The notes beneath the pieces are model-generated. The model ran no database searches. It was not told the origin of the DNA and saw nothing but the letters and a program-made list of their open reading frames with translations. A program made the translations under genes and the position numbers. Positions 22,520 to 42,739 of a stretch of DNA of 64,000 nt are shown in pieces; the stretch's first letter is position 1, and every line of letters begins with the position of its first letter. Source of the stretch: the human T2T-CHM13v2.0 reference genome, Homo sapiens; NCBI RefSeq assembly GCF_009914755.1, contig NC_060946.1; one strand, written 5' to 3'.

Positions 22520-25500
22520 CACCAAAATTGAAACACAAAGAAATACAAAACATGAACAGACCAATAACAAATAATGAGATCAAAGCTGTAATAAAAAGTC
22601 TCCCAGTAAAGAAAAGCCCCAATATTCTATGGCTTCACTACTGAATTCTAACAAGCATTTAAAGAACTAACACCAATCCTACTGAAACTATTCCACAAAA
22701 TAGAGATGGGGAATACTTCCAAACTCATTCTATAACACCAGAATTACCTTTATACCAAAATCAAAGACACTTTAAAAAAAGAAAACTACAATATCTCCAA
22801 TTAATATTGATGCAAAAATCCTCAACAAAATGCTAACAAACCTTTAAGCAATACATTAAAAATATCATTCTTCATGATCATGTGTGATTTATCACAAGGA
22901 TGCAAGAATGGTTGCAAATCAATCCAAATGATACATCACATCAACAAAATGAAGGAAAAGATTATATAATCATTTAAATTAAGACATTAAAAAAAATTTG
23001 ATAAAATTCAACATCCCATCATGATTAAAAACCCTCAAAAACCTGGGTAGAGAAAGAACATTATTAACATAATGAAAGCCATATATGACATAACCACAGC
23101 TAGTATCATACTGACAGGGGAAACACTGAAATCCCCTTCTCTAAGATCTGGAACATGACCAGGATGCCCACTTTCACCACTGTTATTCTCCATAGTACTG
23201 GAAGTCCTAGCAAAAGCAATCAGACAAGAGAGAGAAACAAAGGGCATCTAAAGGGAAGAAGACAAATTATCCTTGTTTTGCAGATGATATAATCTTATAT
23301 TTGTAAAAAACCTGAAGACTCCACAAAAACTACTAGAACTGATAAATTCAGTAGAGTTTCTGGATACAAATCAATATATAAAAATCAGTAGCATTTTTTT
23401 TTTTTTTTTTGAGACAGAGTCTCGCTCTGTCACCCAGGCTGGAGTGCAGTGGTGCAATCTTGGCTCACTGCAAGCTCCGCCTCCTGGGTTCACACCATTC
23501 TCCTGCCTCAGCCTCCCGAGGAGCTGGGGCTACAGGCACCCACCATCACGCCTGGCTAACTTTTTTTGTATTTTTAGTAGAGACGGGGTTTCATCGTGTT
23601 AGCCAGTATGGTCTCGATCTCCTGACCTCAGCTTCCCAAAGTGCTGGGATTACAGGCGTGAGCCACTGCGCCCAGCAGGAATCAGTAGCATTTCTATATG
23701 CCAAGAGTGAACAATCTGAAAAAGAATTTAAAAAGAAATACCATTTATCATAGCCACAAATAGAACTAAATACATAGAAATCAACCAAAGAAGTAAAGGA
23801 TTTCTACAACAAAAACTATAACACAATCATAAAATAAATTGAAGACACAAAAATTGAAAGATATTCCATGTTCATGGATTGATAGTGTTAGTATGTTAAA
23901 ATCTCTATATTACCCAAAGCAATTCACAGATTAAATGCAGGAATCACATTAACTGACTTCAAATTATATTACAAAGCTATAGTAACTGTAGCAGCCTGGT
24001 ACTGGCATAAAAATAGACACATAAACCAATGGAATTGAACAGATAACCCAGAAAAAAAATTTATACATTTTCACTGAACTCATTTTCAACAAAGGTGCCA
24101 AGAACTTAAATTAGGGAAAAGACAATCTCTTCAATAAATCGTGCTTTGAAAACTGGATATCTACATGCAAAAGAATGAAATTATAACCCCAACTCTTGCC
24201 TTATACAAAAGTCAAATCAAAATGGATTAAATACTTAAATCTAAGACCTCGAATTAAAAAACTACTGCAAGAAAACATTGGGGAAAGTCTCTCCAGGTCT
24301 TGGCAAAAATGTCTTGAGTAATACCCCACAAGCACACGCAACCAAAGCAAATATGGACAAATGAAGTTACATCAAGTTAAAAATCTTCTGCATGTCAAAG
24401 GAAATGATCAATAAAGTGAGGAGACAACCCACAGAATAGGAGAACATATTTGCAAACTATTCACCTGACAAAGGATTAATAACTAGAACAGATAAGCAGC
24501 TCAAACTACTGTATAGGAAAAAAATCTAGTAATCTGATCTTTAAAATGGGCAAAATATTTCAATAAACATTTCTTAAAAGAAGACATATGAATTGCAAGC
24601 AGTTATATTATCAGAAACACGCAAATCAAAACTACAATGAGATATCATCTTATCCCAGTTAAAATGAATTTTGTCCAAAAGTCAGGCAACAGCAAATGCT
24701 AGTGAGAATGTGGAGAAATGGGAAGCCTGGTACACTGTTGGTGGAAATGTAAATTAGTACAACCACTATGGAAAACAGCTTGGAGTTTCCTCATAAAACT
24801 AAACTAGAGCTTCCATATAATCCAGCAATTTCACTGCTAAGTATATACTCACAAGAAAGGAACTCAGTATGTTGAAGAGATGTCTACATTCCCATGTTTG
24901 TTGCAGCATTGTTGAAAATAGCCAAGATTTGGAAGCAACGTAAGTGTCAATCAACAGATGAATGGATAAAGAAAATGTAGTATGTATACACAGTGGAGCC
25001 AGAAAAAAAGAATGAGATTCTGTCATTTTTAACAACATGGATGAGGGTTATTATGTTAAATGAAATAAGCCAGGCACAGAAAGACAAACTTTGCATGTTC
25101 TCACTTATTTATGGGTGCTAAGGATCCCATTGAGTTGAACTCAACGGAGATAGAGAGTAGAAGGATGGTTACCAGAGGCTGAGAAGCATAGTAGGGGGGC
25201 AGTTTGGTAGGGCCATGGAGGGAAGTGAGGATGGCTAATGGGTACAAGAAATAGTTAAAAAGAATGAATAAGAGGTAGAGGTACTATTTGATTGCACAAC
25301 AGGGTATTTGTGCTGATAGCACAACAGTAGTATTTGTACTGATAACACAGTTTGTACTGGTAGCACAACAGTAGTACTTGATACCACAACACTGCAATTG
25401 TCAATAATTGACAATTATTATAATCAATAATAATTTAGTTGTACCTTTTAAAATAACTGAAATCATATAATTCAATTTTTGTAATACAGAGTAAATGCTT

Positions 25501-25625
25501 GAGGAGATGGATACCCCATTTACCATGCTGTGATTGTTACACGTTGCATGCCTGTATCAAAGTATCTCATGTACCCCATTTATACACACAACTACTGTAT
25601 ACCCACAAAAAATAAAAATAAATGT
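22520..25625 (+). mobile_element. L1MA-like ORF2 and 3' end, interrupted by an Alu
   Basis: Degenerate RT motifs (ttttgcagatgatat); L1MA 3'UTR (gcttgaggagatggataccccatt) and A-tail. Confidence 0.85.
23397..23676 (-). mobile_element. AluY with small internal deletion
   Basis: tgcaagctccgcctcc diagnostic; TSD aatcagtagcattt at 23383-23396 and 23680-23693. Confidence 0.9.
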
Positions 25626-25639
25626 GATATAATAATCAG

Positions 25640-26740
25640 GTATGGTTTTGCTGGGGTATATATTACATCGCTGTATTTTGCCTAGTCTATAGGATTAGGG
25701 GGAATAGCTGTGGTAAATTCCCACAGAGGCAGTTGCAAAACTCCCTACACTTCTCTCTCCCATTTGCACTTTAGTTTGTTAAAATCTGCTAAAGCTGTTT
25801 CTAATTCACCACTTTGTAGCATTCTTTGGCTTTGTTTTGGAGGACTAGTAAATCAGTTAGCTGATACTGGTTTGAAAACCCTGAATCATAGGTCTTAAGC
25901 ATTATTTGGAATTCCTTGGCAAACCTAAGGTGTCTTGAGTCAGATCAAGAAATCCAAACATCAGAGCACTTAATTCTGACTTGGTGTAAGGTGTATATCT
26001 TATGTTTGAACCCACTCTTCCTGTGGGTTTTGTTTTAAAAGAAATGACTACTATTTTGTCTTCTCCTGTAGCTATTTCTGGACCCTTTGTGGTTTAAGAA
26101 GGAATACGGGAGGAGAAAGAGAAAAAAAATGAAATCATCCAGGCAAGGAAGTTTAGAAAGCAGAGGTTTAGGAGAAGAAAAAGAAGAGAGTTTCTGGCAG
26201 CTTCCTGATTTTAGAAGCTGATTTTGCTACTTTTCTTTAATTCTGAGGTAGTTTCAAGTATTTTGTTGTTACCTTTCTGGAAAGAAATAAGTTTATCGTT
26301 TCTACTTTTGGATGTTTTTAGGTGCCAGCTAAAATACAACCCTCATTTATTTTCCTTGATGCAGAAACCTAACTTCTCTAATTTAGCATACGAGAAGACC
26401 AGTTTGGGAATATTTAAAGTTCTTCACTTTGGGAACCTTAGATGTTGGTCGTCCTTAGTAAAATCCTCCCTTTACACAAATGTTTGCAAGAAGAGGTGCT
26501 ATAATTATCAGCTATAAAACCAGCTGGGGTGCCCAAAGGGGGACACTCTCCTTGCCTGTCCTCGATTTTAGAGATTTTTTTTCTCATTTTTCTTTAAAAG
26601 GAGTAGTTGAACTGTGGCTTGTCATTTGATTAGAAGATCAGAGTGTGCCGATTGTGGATGAGACTCCATGGTGTCTATCACTGAGTCGTTTCTGTCCTCT
26701 TGTATCTCCCAGTTTCTCTGTCTTGGTGTTTATCACCTCC
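25640..26740 (-). mobile_element. Possible ERV internal (leader/gag-like) remnant
   Basis: Motif resemblance only; lies between two L1MA pieces; no ORF. Confidence 0.35.
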
Positions 26741-26741
26741 A

Positions 26742-27635
26742 GGGAGATGCAAATCAAAACAATACCAGACATTACCTTATCTTAACTAGAATGGCCATAA
26801 TCGAAATGACAGAAGAGAACAAGTGTTGGCAAGGATGTGGAATAAAGGGAACTCTTATAAACTGTTGGTTTGAATACAAATTAATACAGCCACTATGAAA
26901 AACAAGTATGGAAGTTTCTCAACCTGAAATGGAACTACTGTATGTTCCAGCAATTCCACAACTGGGCATATAGCCAACAGAAATAAAATCAGTATGTTAA
27001 AGAGATAGCTACACTCCCATGTTTATTACAGCACTATTGACAATGGCCAAGATATGGAATCAATCACAGTGCCCATCAAAGAATAAATGGATAAGACAAC
27101 ATGGTATGTAAACACAATGAAATGCTATTTGGCCACAAATATATGGCATAATAAAATAAATGGCAGAATAAAATTCTGCCATTTAAGACAACATAGATGA
27201 ACCTGAAGGACATTGTGTTAAGTGAAATAAGCCAGACACAGAGAGACAAATAACACAGGAATTTATTAAATGTGGAGTCTAAACAAGCTTATCTCTTAGA
27301 AGTAGAGAGTAGAATGGTGGTTACCAGAGCCTGCGGTGGTTAGTGGGGAGGACAGGATGGAAAGATGTTGGTCAAAGGAAACATAATTATTATTAGATAG
27401 AAGAAATATATTTTACAAGATCTGTTACGCAGCACGGCAGCCATACTTAATTATGATATATTGCAGTCCTGAAAAATGAAAAGGTAGTTGATGTTAAGTG
27501 TTTTCACCACAAAAAATAACTTTTAGATCATGCATTTGTTAATTAGCTAGATTTAATCATTTTATAATCTATATGTAATTCAAAACATACATAATAAACT
27601 TACACAATGTTATTTTCAATTAAAAACAAATTTTA
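26742..27635 (+). mobile_element. L1MA-like 3' end
   Basis: agggagatgcaaatcaaaac...gaagtagagagtagaatggtggttaccagag...A-rich tail. Confidence 0.8.
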
Positions 27636-28025
27636 AAATTATGCTTAAAAAATTTTTTATTCAAGCTAGAATTTGAATATAGCTAAATATCTTCAATAAA
27701 CAAGAAAAATTAAAATAATTTCAAAAATTAAAACTAAGAGATTTGCTTGCCAATAGGAGCCGCGTAAGAGTGTACTCAAGAAGAAAATAACATTTTCCTG
27801 TATACAGGTTAAAATTAAAATGAAGGGGTGAGAGACAGACCTTGAGAATACAAAATCATAGTGGACATTGAACTGAGGAAAGCACATAGTTCTTGGCACC
27901 AAAAAATTAAAAGATATTGAGATATTATAAAAGTACAATTCACATGTTTTATTTAAATCAGAAAGAAAATTGTGTGTTTTGTATAATTTAATTGATTACA
28001 AGGAAATAATTTTTAGAAAATTTTA

Positions 28026-29253
<1,228 letters not shown>

Positions 29254-31848
29254 AAGTGAAAACTGTGTTCATCCTAATGGCATAGAAGAAACATATTTTG
29301 TAGATCTGAAAAAAAATGACTCATATCATCAATGTTCTTTCTTCAGTGTTTGAAATTATTACCATCATTATTATTTTTATTTTACTCACTTATTCTTGAT
29401 TAACCTTGATGCTAAATTCTTGATAATGTACCCCCTGCACTCTTTTCTAAGCCAAATAATTATATATATATAATTATTACTCTCTATATATAATGAATAC
29501 ATTTACAATCATGCCTGTATAGGGTGCACACTATCTATATTCCTAATGCCCTTTGCCCTCCATCTTTAGAAATCAATTTTTGTTATTTTGTGTTCTCTCA
29601 TTTTATTTTTAGCACCCAATTCAGTGACAGGCATATAAAATGAATCACATTTGCACAGTCGAATTGAATAAAATGTATGCTAAAGTGGAAAGACTCACTA
29701 AAGCAAACAATTAAAAATATATCCAATTGAGTCTTTCTCATGATCTATCACTTTGATACGGTTTATTCTTCACTCTTCCATGGTTTTTGATGCTTATGAT
29801 TCTACTGGGCCCACCATGATAATTCATAATAGTCTTCTTATTTTTCATCAGCATATCAGCAATTTTGATCCCATTTGCAACCTTATATTCTCTTTGCCAT
29901 GAATTGTAATGTATTTCCAGTATGTATTGTAATGTATTCCAAGTAAGAACTTGGATGTAAATATCTTTTTTAGGGAGTGGGGAACATTATTCTGTTTATC
30001 CAAACCCTGATTAACTGTATGTCTTAGAAATGGTCCTGGTGCTTTCCCAGTTTACTTCACATCCCAGAGACTTATCATGTAAACTCTCTTCATCTCAGAA
30101 CAAAATTTTTAATATTTGCTTCTCAGTTATCAACAAGATAAACACTACTTTTAATCATTTTATTTCAACCAAGAGGTTGCATTAAAATAGTCACACATAG
30201 TTCTTTTTCCTGAGACTTTACTTGATACAGGAATATCAGTCTCCAATGAGAAAGATAATGCCTCTCAAGTTTTCTTGGGATATCCTCAATACCATAATAC
30301 CTTGTAAAATTTTGCAGAACAATTTTGCAGTTGCCATTTCATGTTATTTGGCCAGGATTCAGGTATCATTGTATCATTTTGCTTTAACCCATGGGTAAAA
30401 ACAATTTAGCTTCATGCATGAAATATAAAAAACAGTAAATTAGCACAGATTTGGGGGGGGATGAAGGTGTGTCTGGTTATATATTCAAAGTCATTTATCA
30501 TTACACTGTCCCCTAAATAAAAATTTGAAAGGCAATGCAAACATCTTGACACTTAGTATTCTTGTCTAATAAACACAAGTGACTGAGGTAAAAAATATTG
30601 CTCTAAAACCACCAGATATGTTTGATTTTATAAAGGAAATATCATCTAGGTGATTAAATAGTTATTACTCTCTCTACAAAACTTTAGTAAGTGAATCCAT
30701 TTATCATAAATGTCAGAATCAAACAATGAAAAGTTCCTACCAACCTGCGTCTGCACCATCAGCATGGTTGAGTTCTGCTGTCAAGTTGAAATCAGAAGAA
30801 AAAAAAACAAGGGGAGGCACAAAGATGGCCAAATAGGAACAGCTCTGGTCTACAGCTCCAGCACTATCAACACAGAAGACAGATGATTTCTGCATTTCCA
30901 ACTGAAGTACCTGGAACTGGTTGGACAGTGGGTGTAGCCCACGGAGAGGGTGAGCTGAAGCAGGGTGGGGCATCACCTCATCCAGGAAGTACAAGGGGTT
31001 GGGGGATTTCCCTTTCCTAGCCAAGGGAAGCCATGAGAGATGGTACCTGGAAAATCGGGACACTTCCACCCTAATAGTGTGCTTTTCCAACAGTCTTAGC
31101 AAATGGCACACCAGGAGATTATATCCCGCACATGGCTCGGAGGATCACATGCCCATGGAGGCTTGCTCACTGCTAGCACAGCGGTCTGAGATCGAACTGG
31201 GAGGGAGCAGACAGGCTGGGGGAGGGGCATCCGCCATTGCTGAGGCTTGACTAGGTAAACAAAGCCACCAGGAAGCTTGAACTGGGTGGAGCCCACCACA
31301 ACTCAACCAGGACTGCCTGCCTCTGTAGACTCCACCTCTAGGGGCAGGGCATAGCTGAACAAAAGGCAGCAGAAACTTTCTACAGCAGAAGTTTCTACAG
31401 CCTTAAACTTCCCTGTCTGACAGCTCTGAAGAGAGCAGTGGTTCCCACAGAATGGAGTTTAAGCTCTGAGAATGGACAGACTGCCTCCTCAAGTGTGTCC
31501 CTGACCCCCAAGTAGCCTAACTGAGAGACACCTCCCAGTAGGGGTCAACTGACACCTCATACAGCCAGGTGCCCCTCTGAGACAAAGCTTCCAGAGGAAA
31601 GATCAGGCAGCAACATTTGCTGTTCTGCAATATTTGCTGTTCTGAAGCCTCTGCCAGTGATACCCAGGCAAACAGGGTCTGCAGTAGACCTCCAGCAAAC
31701 TCCAACAGACCTGCAGCTAAGGAATCTGTTAGAAGGAAAACTAACAAACAAAAGCAATAGCATCAACATCAACAAAAAGGACATCCACACCAAAACCCCA
31801 TCTGTAGGTCACCATCATCAAAGACCAAAGGTAGATAAAATGACAAAG

Positions 31849-32873
31849 ATGGAGAGAAACCAGAGCAGAGAAGCTGAAAAGTCTAAAAACCACTGCACCT
31901 CTTCTCCTCCAAAGTGTCACAGCTCCTCCACAGCAATGGAACAAAGCTGGATAGAGAATGACTTTGATGAGTTGACAGAAGTAGGCTTCAGAAGGTTGGT
32001 AATAACAAACTTCTCCAGGCTAAAGGAGGATGTTCGAACCCATCGCAAGGAAGCTAAAAACCTTGAAAAAAGATTAGATGAATGGCTAACTGGAATAAAC
32101 GGCATAGAGAAGACCTTAAATGACCAGATGGAGGTGAAAACAATGGCACAAGAACTACGTGACGCATGCACAAGCTTCAGTAGCCGATTTGATCAAGTGG
32201 AAGAAAGGGGATCAGTGATTGAAGGTCAAATGAATGAAATGAAGTGAGAAGAGAAGTTTAGAGAAAAAAGAGTAAAAAGAAATGGACAAAGCCTCCAAGA
32301 AATATGGGGCTATGTGAAAAGACCAAATCTACTTGTGATTGGTGTACCTGAAATTGACGGGGAGAATGGAACTAAGTTGGAAAACACTCTTCAGGATATT
32401 ATCCAGGAAAACTTCCACAACTTAGCAAGGCAGGCCAACATTCAAATTCAGGAAATACAGAGAACACCACAAAGATACTCTATGAGAAGAGCAACCCTGA
32501 GACACAGAATTGTCAGATTCACCAAGGTTGAAATGAAGGAAAAAAGGTTAAGGGCAGCCAGAGGGAAAGGTCGGGTTACCCACAAAGGGAAGCCCATCAG
32601 ACTAACAGCGGATCTCTCAGCAGAAACTCTACAAGCCAGAAGAGAGTGGGGGCCAATATTCAACATTCTTAATGAAAAGAAGTTTCAACACAGAACTTCA
32701 TATCCAGCCAAACTAAGCTTCATAAGTGAAGGAGAAAGAAAATCCTTTATAGACAAGCAAATGCTGAGAGATTTTGTCACCACCAGGCCTGCCCTACAAG
32801 AGCTCCTGAAGGAAGCAGTAAACACGGAAAGAACAACCAGTACCAGCCACTGCAAAAACATGCCAAATTGTAA
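31849..32873 (+). pseudogene. Disrupted L1 ORF1
   Basis: MERNQSREAEKSK...; premature TGA at 32245 and a late frameshift. Confidence 0.9.
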
Positions 32874-32936
32874 AGGCCATCGATGCTAGGAAGAAACTGC
32901 ATCAACTAATGGGCAAAATAACCAGCTAACATCATA

Positions 32937-36758
<3,822 letters not shown>

Positions 36759-36995
36759 ACAATGAGAACACATGGACACAGGAAGGGGAACATGACACAC
36801 CGGGGACTGTTGTGGGGTCGGGGGAGGGGGGAGGGATAGCATTAGGAGATATACCTAATGCTAAATGACAAGTTAATGGGTGCAGCACACCAACATGCCA
36901 CATGTATACATATGTAACAAACCTGCACGTTGTGCACATGTACCCTAAAACTTAAAGTATAATAATAATAATAATAGTAATACATTTTAAAAAGA

Positions 36996-38443
<1,448 letters not shown>

Positions 38444-40477
38444 TGTTTTAACTCTTTGATTATCTGAATCTTCCAATTCCCCCCAACCACCAGTGAATTA
38501 TTTCTGCTAATTTTTTTTTTTTTTGAAAAGAGAATGATGGAAACCCCACCCTGTTCCAGTGGGAGAGTACAGGGATTCCCTGGAAAGACTCTGGCTTGGA
38601 GCCCTCAAACCAGAGTTTAGGTCCAGGGGTCCACTTGGTGACTCAGGAGAAACCCTGGACCCCACCTCAAGGAATCTTGGATCCCCCGGTGGGGGTCTCA
38701 GAAGTAGGAGGCTGCTGGGCCACGGCAGGGACAAGGCTTTCTCTGGCACCCCCATGCAAGGTTCCTCAATAGAAAGAAATCATGTTGCCCGTTCCGCAGC
38801 AGGCATGCCATCCCAGGCCCCTGAGACCCCCAGGGGACATCCCCGCTCTGCCAACTGTGTGAACACACTCCACCTCCCAGCCTCTGCCATGTCACAGATG
38901 ACTTGAGGCTTCAGATGAGTGACTCCCCAGAGTCACATGGGCCTATGCTTGGGTCCCAGCCTCTTCTATGACCCTTGAGGTGGCTCTCAGCATAGGAGGC
39001 TGATTTCTAGGCCTCTATGTGCTGTTCTGTGAATGGGACAGGTAACAGACCTCTATGGCAGGCATGAAATGCCAAGCGCCCACCACAAGGCCTGGCAACA
39101 AACTCTCAGGAAATTCAGGTCATTCTCTGGGAGTGGCCACAGATGCTTCTCAGAACCCCAACCCCTGGCACTGCTCCAGCCCATGCTGGACCCTTCATCA
39201 TCCAGGTGTCCCAGGCCCACAAGTATCTGACACCTCAGGTGGCACTTGTGGCCCACTGTGTGACCCCAAGCATACCTCCATGTTCTCTGGGCTGAGTCTC
39301 TGAGCCGCCACAGCTCTGCAGAGCCCAGGCTGTGGGCTCCAGCCCCTGACTTCCAGCTTGACTTACTAAATGTAATCTCCAGGGCTAATTTTAATCCTGG
39401 GCAGGAATTGGACACATTCCCATGGCTAGGATGGGTCCCTGGAGGCTGGAGGTGACACCATCCCACAGGACCCAGTGCCAAGATAATCCCCCAAATGACC
39501 CCTATGCCTGTGGTCTCATGAGAGCAGGGACTGGGGCTGAGCTTGGGCCTGAGTCTCTTGAGCATAGAAGGCTCAACTAAGCCCCTTCTCAATCTGTCTC
39601 AATTTTAGTTATAGGGACACTATGGCTAGTGCAGAGGTCACGAGACAGGGGAACCCCGAGAGGCAGGAAGTTGGGGGCCTTTCTGGACTGATGTCCTAGA
39701 GCTGAGACAGGAAGTGAATTCCATGCAGAAGAAACAGCAGGTACAAGGATCCCAAGGGGGAGAGAAACAGCAGTGAGGTTGGAGTGGGTGGGGAGGGCCA
39801 GAGGCCACAGAGGCTGGGCCACACTGGGTCTTCTGAGCTGCAGGAGGCTCTGGGTTTTAGCCTAAGAGCAAAGACGAGCTATGAGAGGGTTTTGAGGAGA
39901 GAAGGGATGGGGCTGATTTATCATTTTAACACGCAGCTCATGGCTACCATGGAAAGCAGGACTATCAGGGCTGGGGTGGAGATGGCAGGAGGCTGGAGAT
40001 GAGGTCAGGGCTGTGTCCATCTGAGCAGAGCCTGGGGCGGTACCCTCTCTGTGCTGGTCTGTACCTCACACTGTAAGTCACTGGATCCCACGGCTTATTT
40101 GGCCCTCCAGAACATCAGGAGGTCCCCCACCAACTCTGGTGCGAGGTGACAGGTGCAGATGAGTTGATGCGGGGCTTAACTCTCCTGACCCCCCATGACA
40201 CTGGAACTCTCCTGATCCCATCACCAAAGAACCAAGCTGTCCCCCACTCTGCCCCTGAGAGATCAAGCTCTAATCATGGCCTCCGTTGCTCACACATTCT
40301 CCATGGTTCCACATTGGCCTTGTGAGAAAATTTCTGCATCCAGCCTGACGTTCAAACACCTTGCCCTAATCAGCTCCTGCCTACTTCTCTCTATCTTTGA
40401 CAAATATTTCTGTCTAGAAGGTCCTTTTTTCCCTTCCTCACCTAGCCAACTCCTATTCACACTTCAGAACTCAGCTC

Positions 40478-40744
40478 AGGTCAGATGAGGTGGTTCATGC
40501 CTGTAATTCCAGCACTCTGAGAGGCCAAGACAGGAGGATTGCTTGAACCCAGGAGTTTGAGACCAGCCTGAACAACATGATGTAACCCCATCTCTACAAA
40601 AAATACAAAAATTAGCTGTGTGTGGTGGCATGTGCCTGTAGTCCCACCCTGAAGTAGGAGGATCAATTGAGCACGGAAGGTCAAGGCTGCAGTGAGCAGT
40701 GATTGTGCCACTGCATTTCAGACTGAGCTGCAGAGAAAAAAAAA
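40478..40744 (+). mobile_element. AluJ
   Basis: Sense Alu with aggtcaaggctgcagtgagc. Confidence 0.85.
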
Positions 40745-41949
40745 CTCAGCTCAAGAACAAGCATTCCTCCAAGAAGCCCTCCCTGTTGTTCCTCTGGAAT
40801 CCCACAGTCCCCATCCTTCCCCTGTAGTTCTGACCCCATGGGGCTGGCAGTAGATACATCCAACTTTGTCTCCCCTAGACTAGACAGCCCTCTAGATCAG
40901 GCCTAGGAGTGGACAGTAAAATTTAGAGAGTGCAACAGGTGAAGAGAGACGTGACTGACTCCCTCCTCTTTAGCTTCCCTTGACAGCTTCCTCTCAGACT
41001 GCCCCAGCTGATATCCTGCCCAGAAACACACATGCTTGCAAATCCAGCCACTAACCATTGACCTGTCTTGGACTCAAGTGTGAAGAGCCAGCCAAGGAAT
41101 GCAGACCCGGAAGCCTAGGGTGTGTGTGTGTATTTGTAGTCAAGTGAAAATCCCACCCAAGCTCCAGACAGACCCTGGCGGCCCATTCTGCAGATGTTGG
41201 TGAGGTTGGTATTTCTGCGGAGGTGTCAGCAAAGGTTGAATGTGCCAGGCATGAGGCAAAGGCCAAGGTTTAGGGGGACTTCTACACACACACCTGCCCC
41301 CTTGCCTTGTCCAGCCAGAAAGCAGAGAGCAGTGGCATCTGCCCAGCACAGAGGCAGATGGGTGGATCCACTCATCGGAGGATAGAGCAGGGAAGACAGG
41401 ACAGGAGAAATCCAAGAGGGCTTCTCAGGGGAGGAGGCGTGTAGTTTGGCTTAGATGCAGAGGCTAGACAGGGGCCTGAGCAGATGAGTAGGGGACTGGG
41501 CATTTGAAGCCAAGAGTCTTGCACCTCCCTACCCCTTTCTTTGCACCCTCATACTTGAGCATTTATTAGCAACTTGTGCTAACCACTGAGCTAAGCTGAC
41601 CTCCAAGTAATTAGAAAGCTTAAGTAAACCAACATCTGTAGATGAGAAAGGTGACTGAGGACCTACTGTTACAAAGGCAAGGTAATTTGAGGCTGCAATG
41701 AGCTATGAGCAACTGTGTTCCAGCCTGGGAGACAGAATGTAAAAAAAATAGTAATAACAGAAAGTATGCATCAATCTCAATTTTTTTAAAAAAAGGCAGA
41801 TGATTTTACAGTTGTTTTATCAAAACTCAAAGAACAGGAAAGCCCAAATTATTTCAACAAAGTCAGACCTTTTAAACAGATGATAGCTGCCCAAGTCATT
41901 TTTATGAAACTTCTTTATATCAAAACGTAAGTCTAAAAAGAGAAAAGTG

Positions 41950-42340
41950 TTGACCTTGATACAGGCTGTGTTAGGCAGAGATTTCAAGGAAATCCTCTCT
42001 GAAGAGGTGACATTTGATCTGAGACCTGAAGCACCGGAAAGAGGCAGCCAAGCCAGGAAGAGGCAGGAATGGGAAGGTCTAGGGAAAGACTGGTCCTGGC
42101 AGGCAGAACTGCGGTGGCAAAGGCCCAGCGGTGATCAGGAGCTTGGCATTTGGAAAAATAAAGAGTGTGTGTGACTGGACAGCGTGATCAAGTGGGCAGA
42201 GGAGGAGATGGTGATAGGGTGTGCACTGGTCAGGCCACCTAGCTCCTGGAGCCCACAGTGAGAAGCATGGGCTTGACTCTGAGGGCAAAGGAGAGCCACA
42301 GAGAGTTTGGGTAAAGGGGAAAGTTGGCATTTAATTTTAT
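41950..42340 (-). mobile_element. L2 fragment
   Basis: ctctctgaagaggtgacatttgatctgagacctgaa motif. Confidence 0.65.
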
Positions 42341-42739
42341 AGCTTTTTGAAGTTTGTTTTGTTTTCTTAGAAACAGGGTCTCAGTCTGTTACCCAAACTG
42401 GAGTGCAGCTCAAAATATTTTCCAATTTATCTTGTGATTTTTTTTTGATCCAATGATTTAGAGGTGGGTTGTTAAATTTTCACATATTTTCAGATGTCCA
42501 ATATTTCTTACTGTTGTTAGTTTCTAATTCTGTTTCAGTCAGATAACTTATTTGTTTTCCCTGTCTCTCCTGTCTTCTGATCCTGTTTTTCCATTGACTA
42601 CCATTTTTAAAATAAACTTATTTCAGTGTGTCATTTACAATCCTATTTTAATTTTTTGCTCTATCTCTGACGTGGTTGTTCCAGGGATTATAATGTGCTT
42701 TTAAATTTTTCCAACGAATGAAGAACGAAGTGATCGACT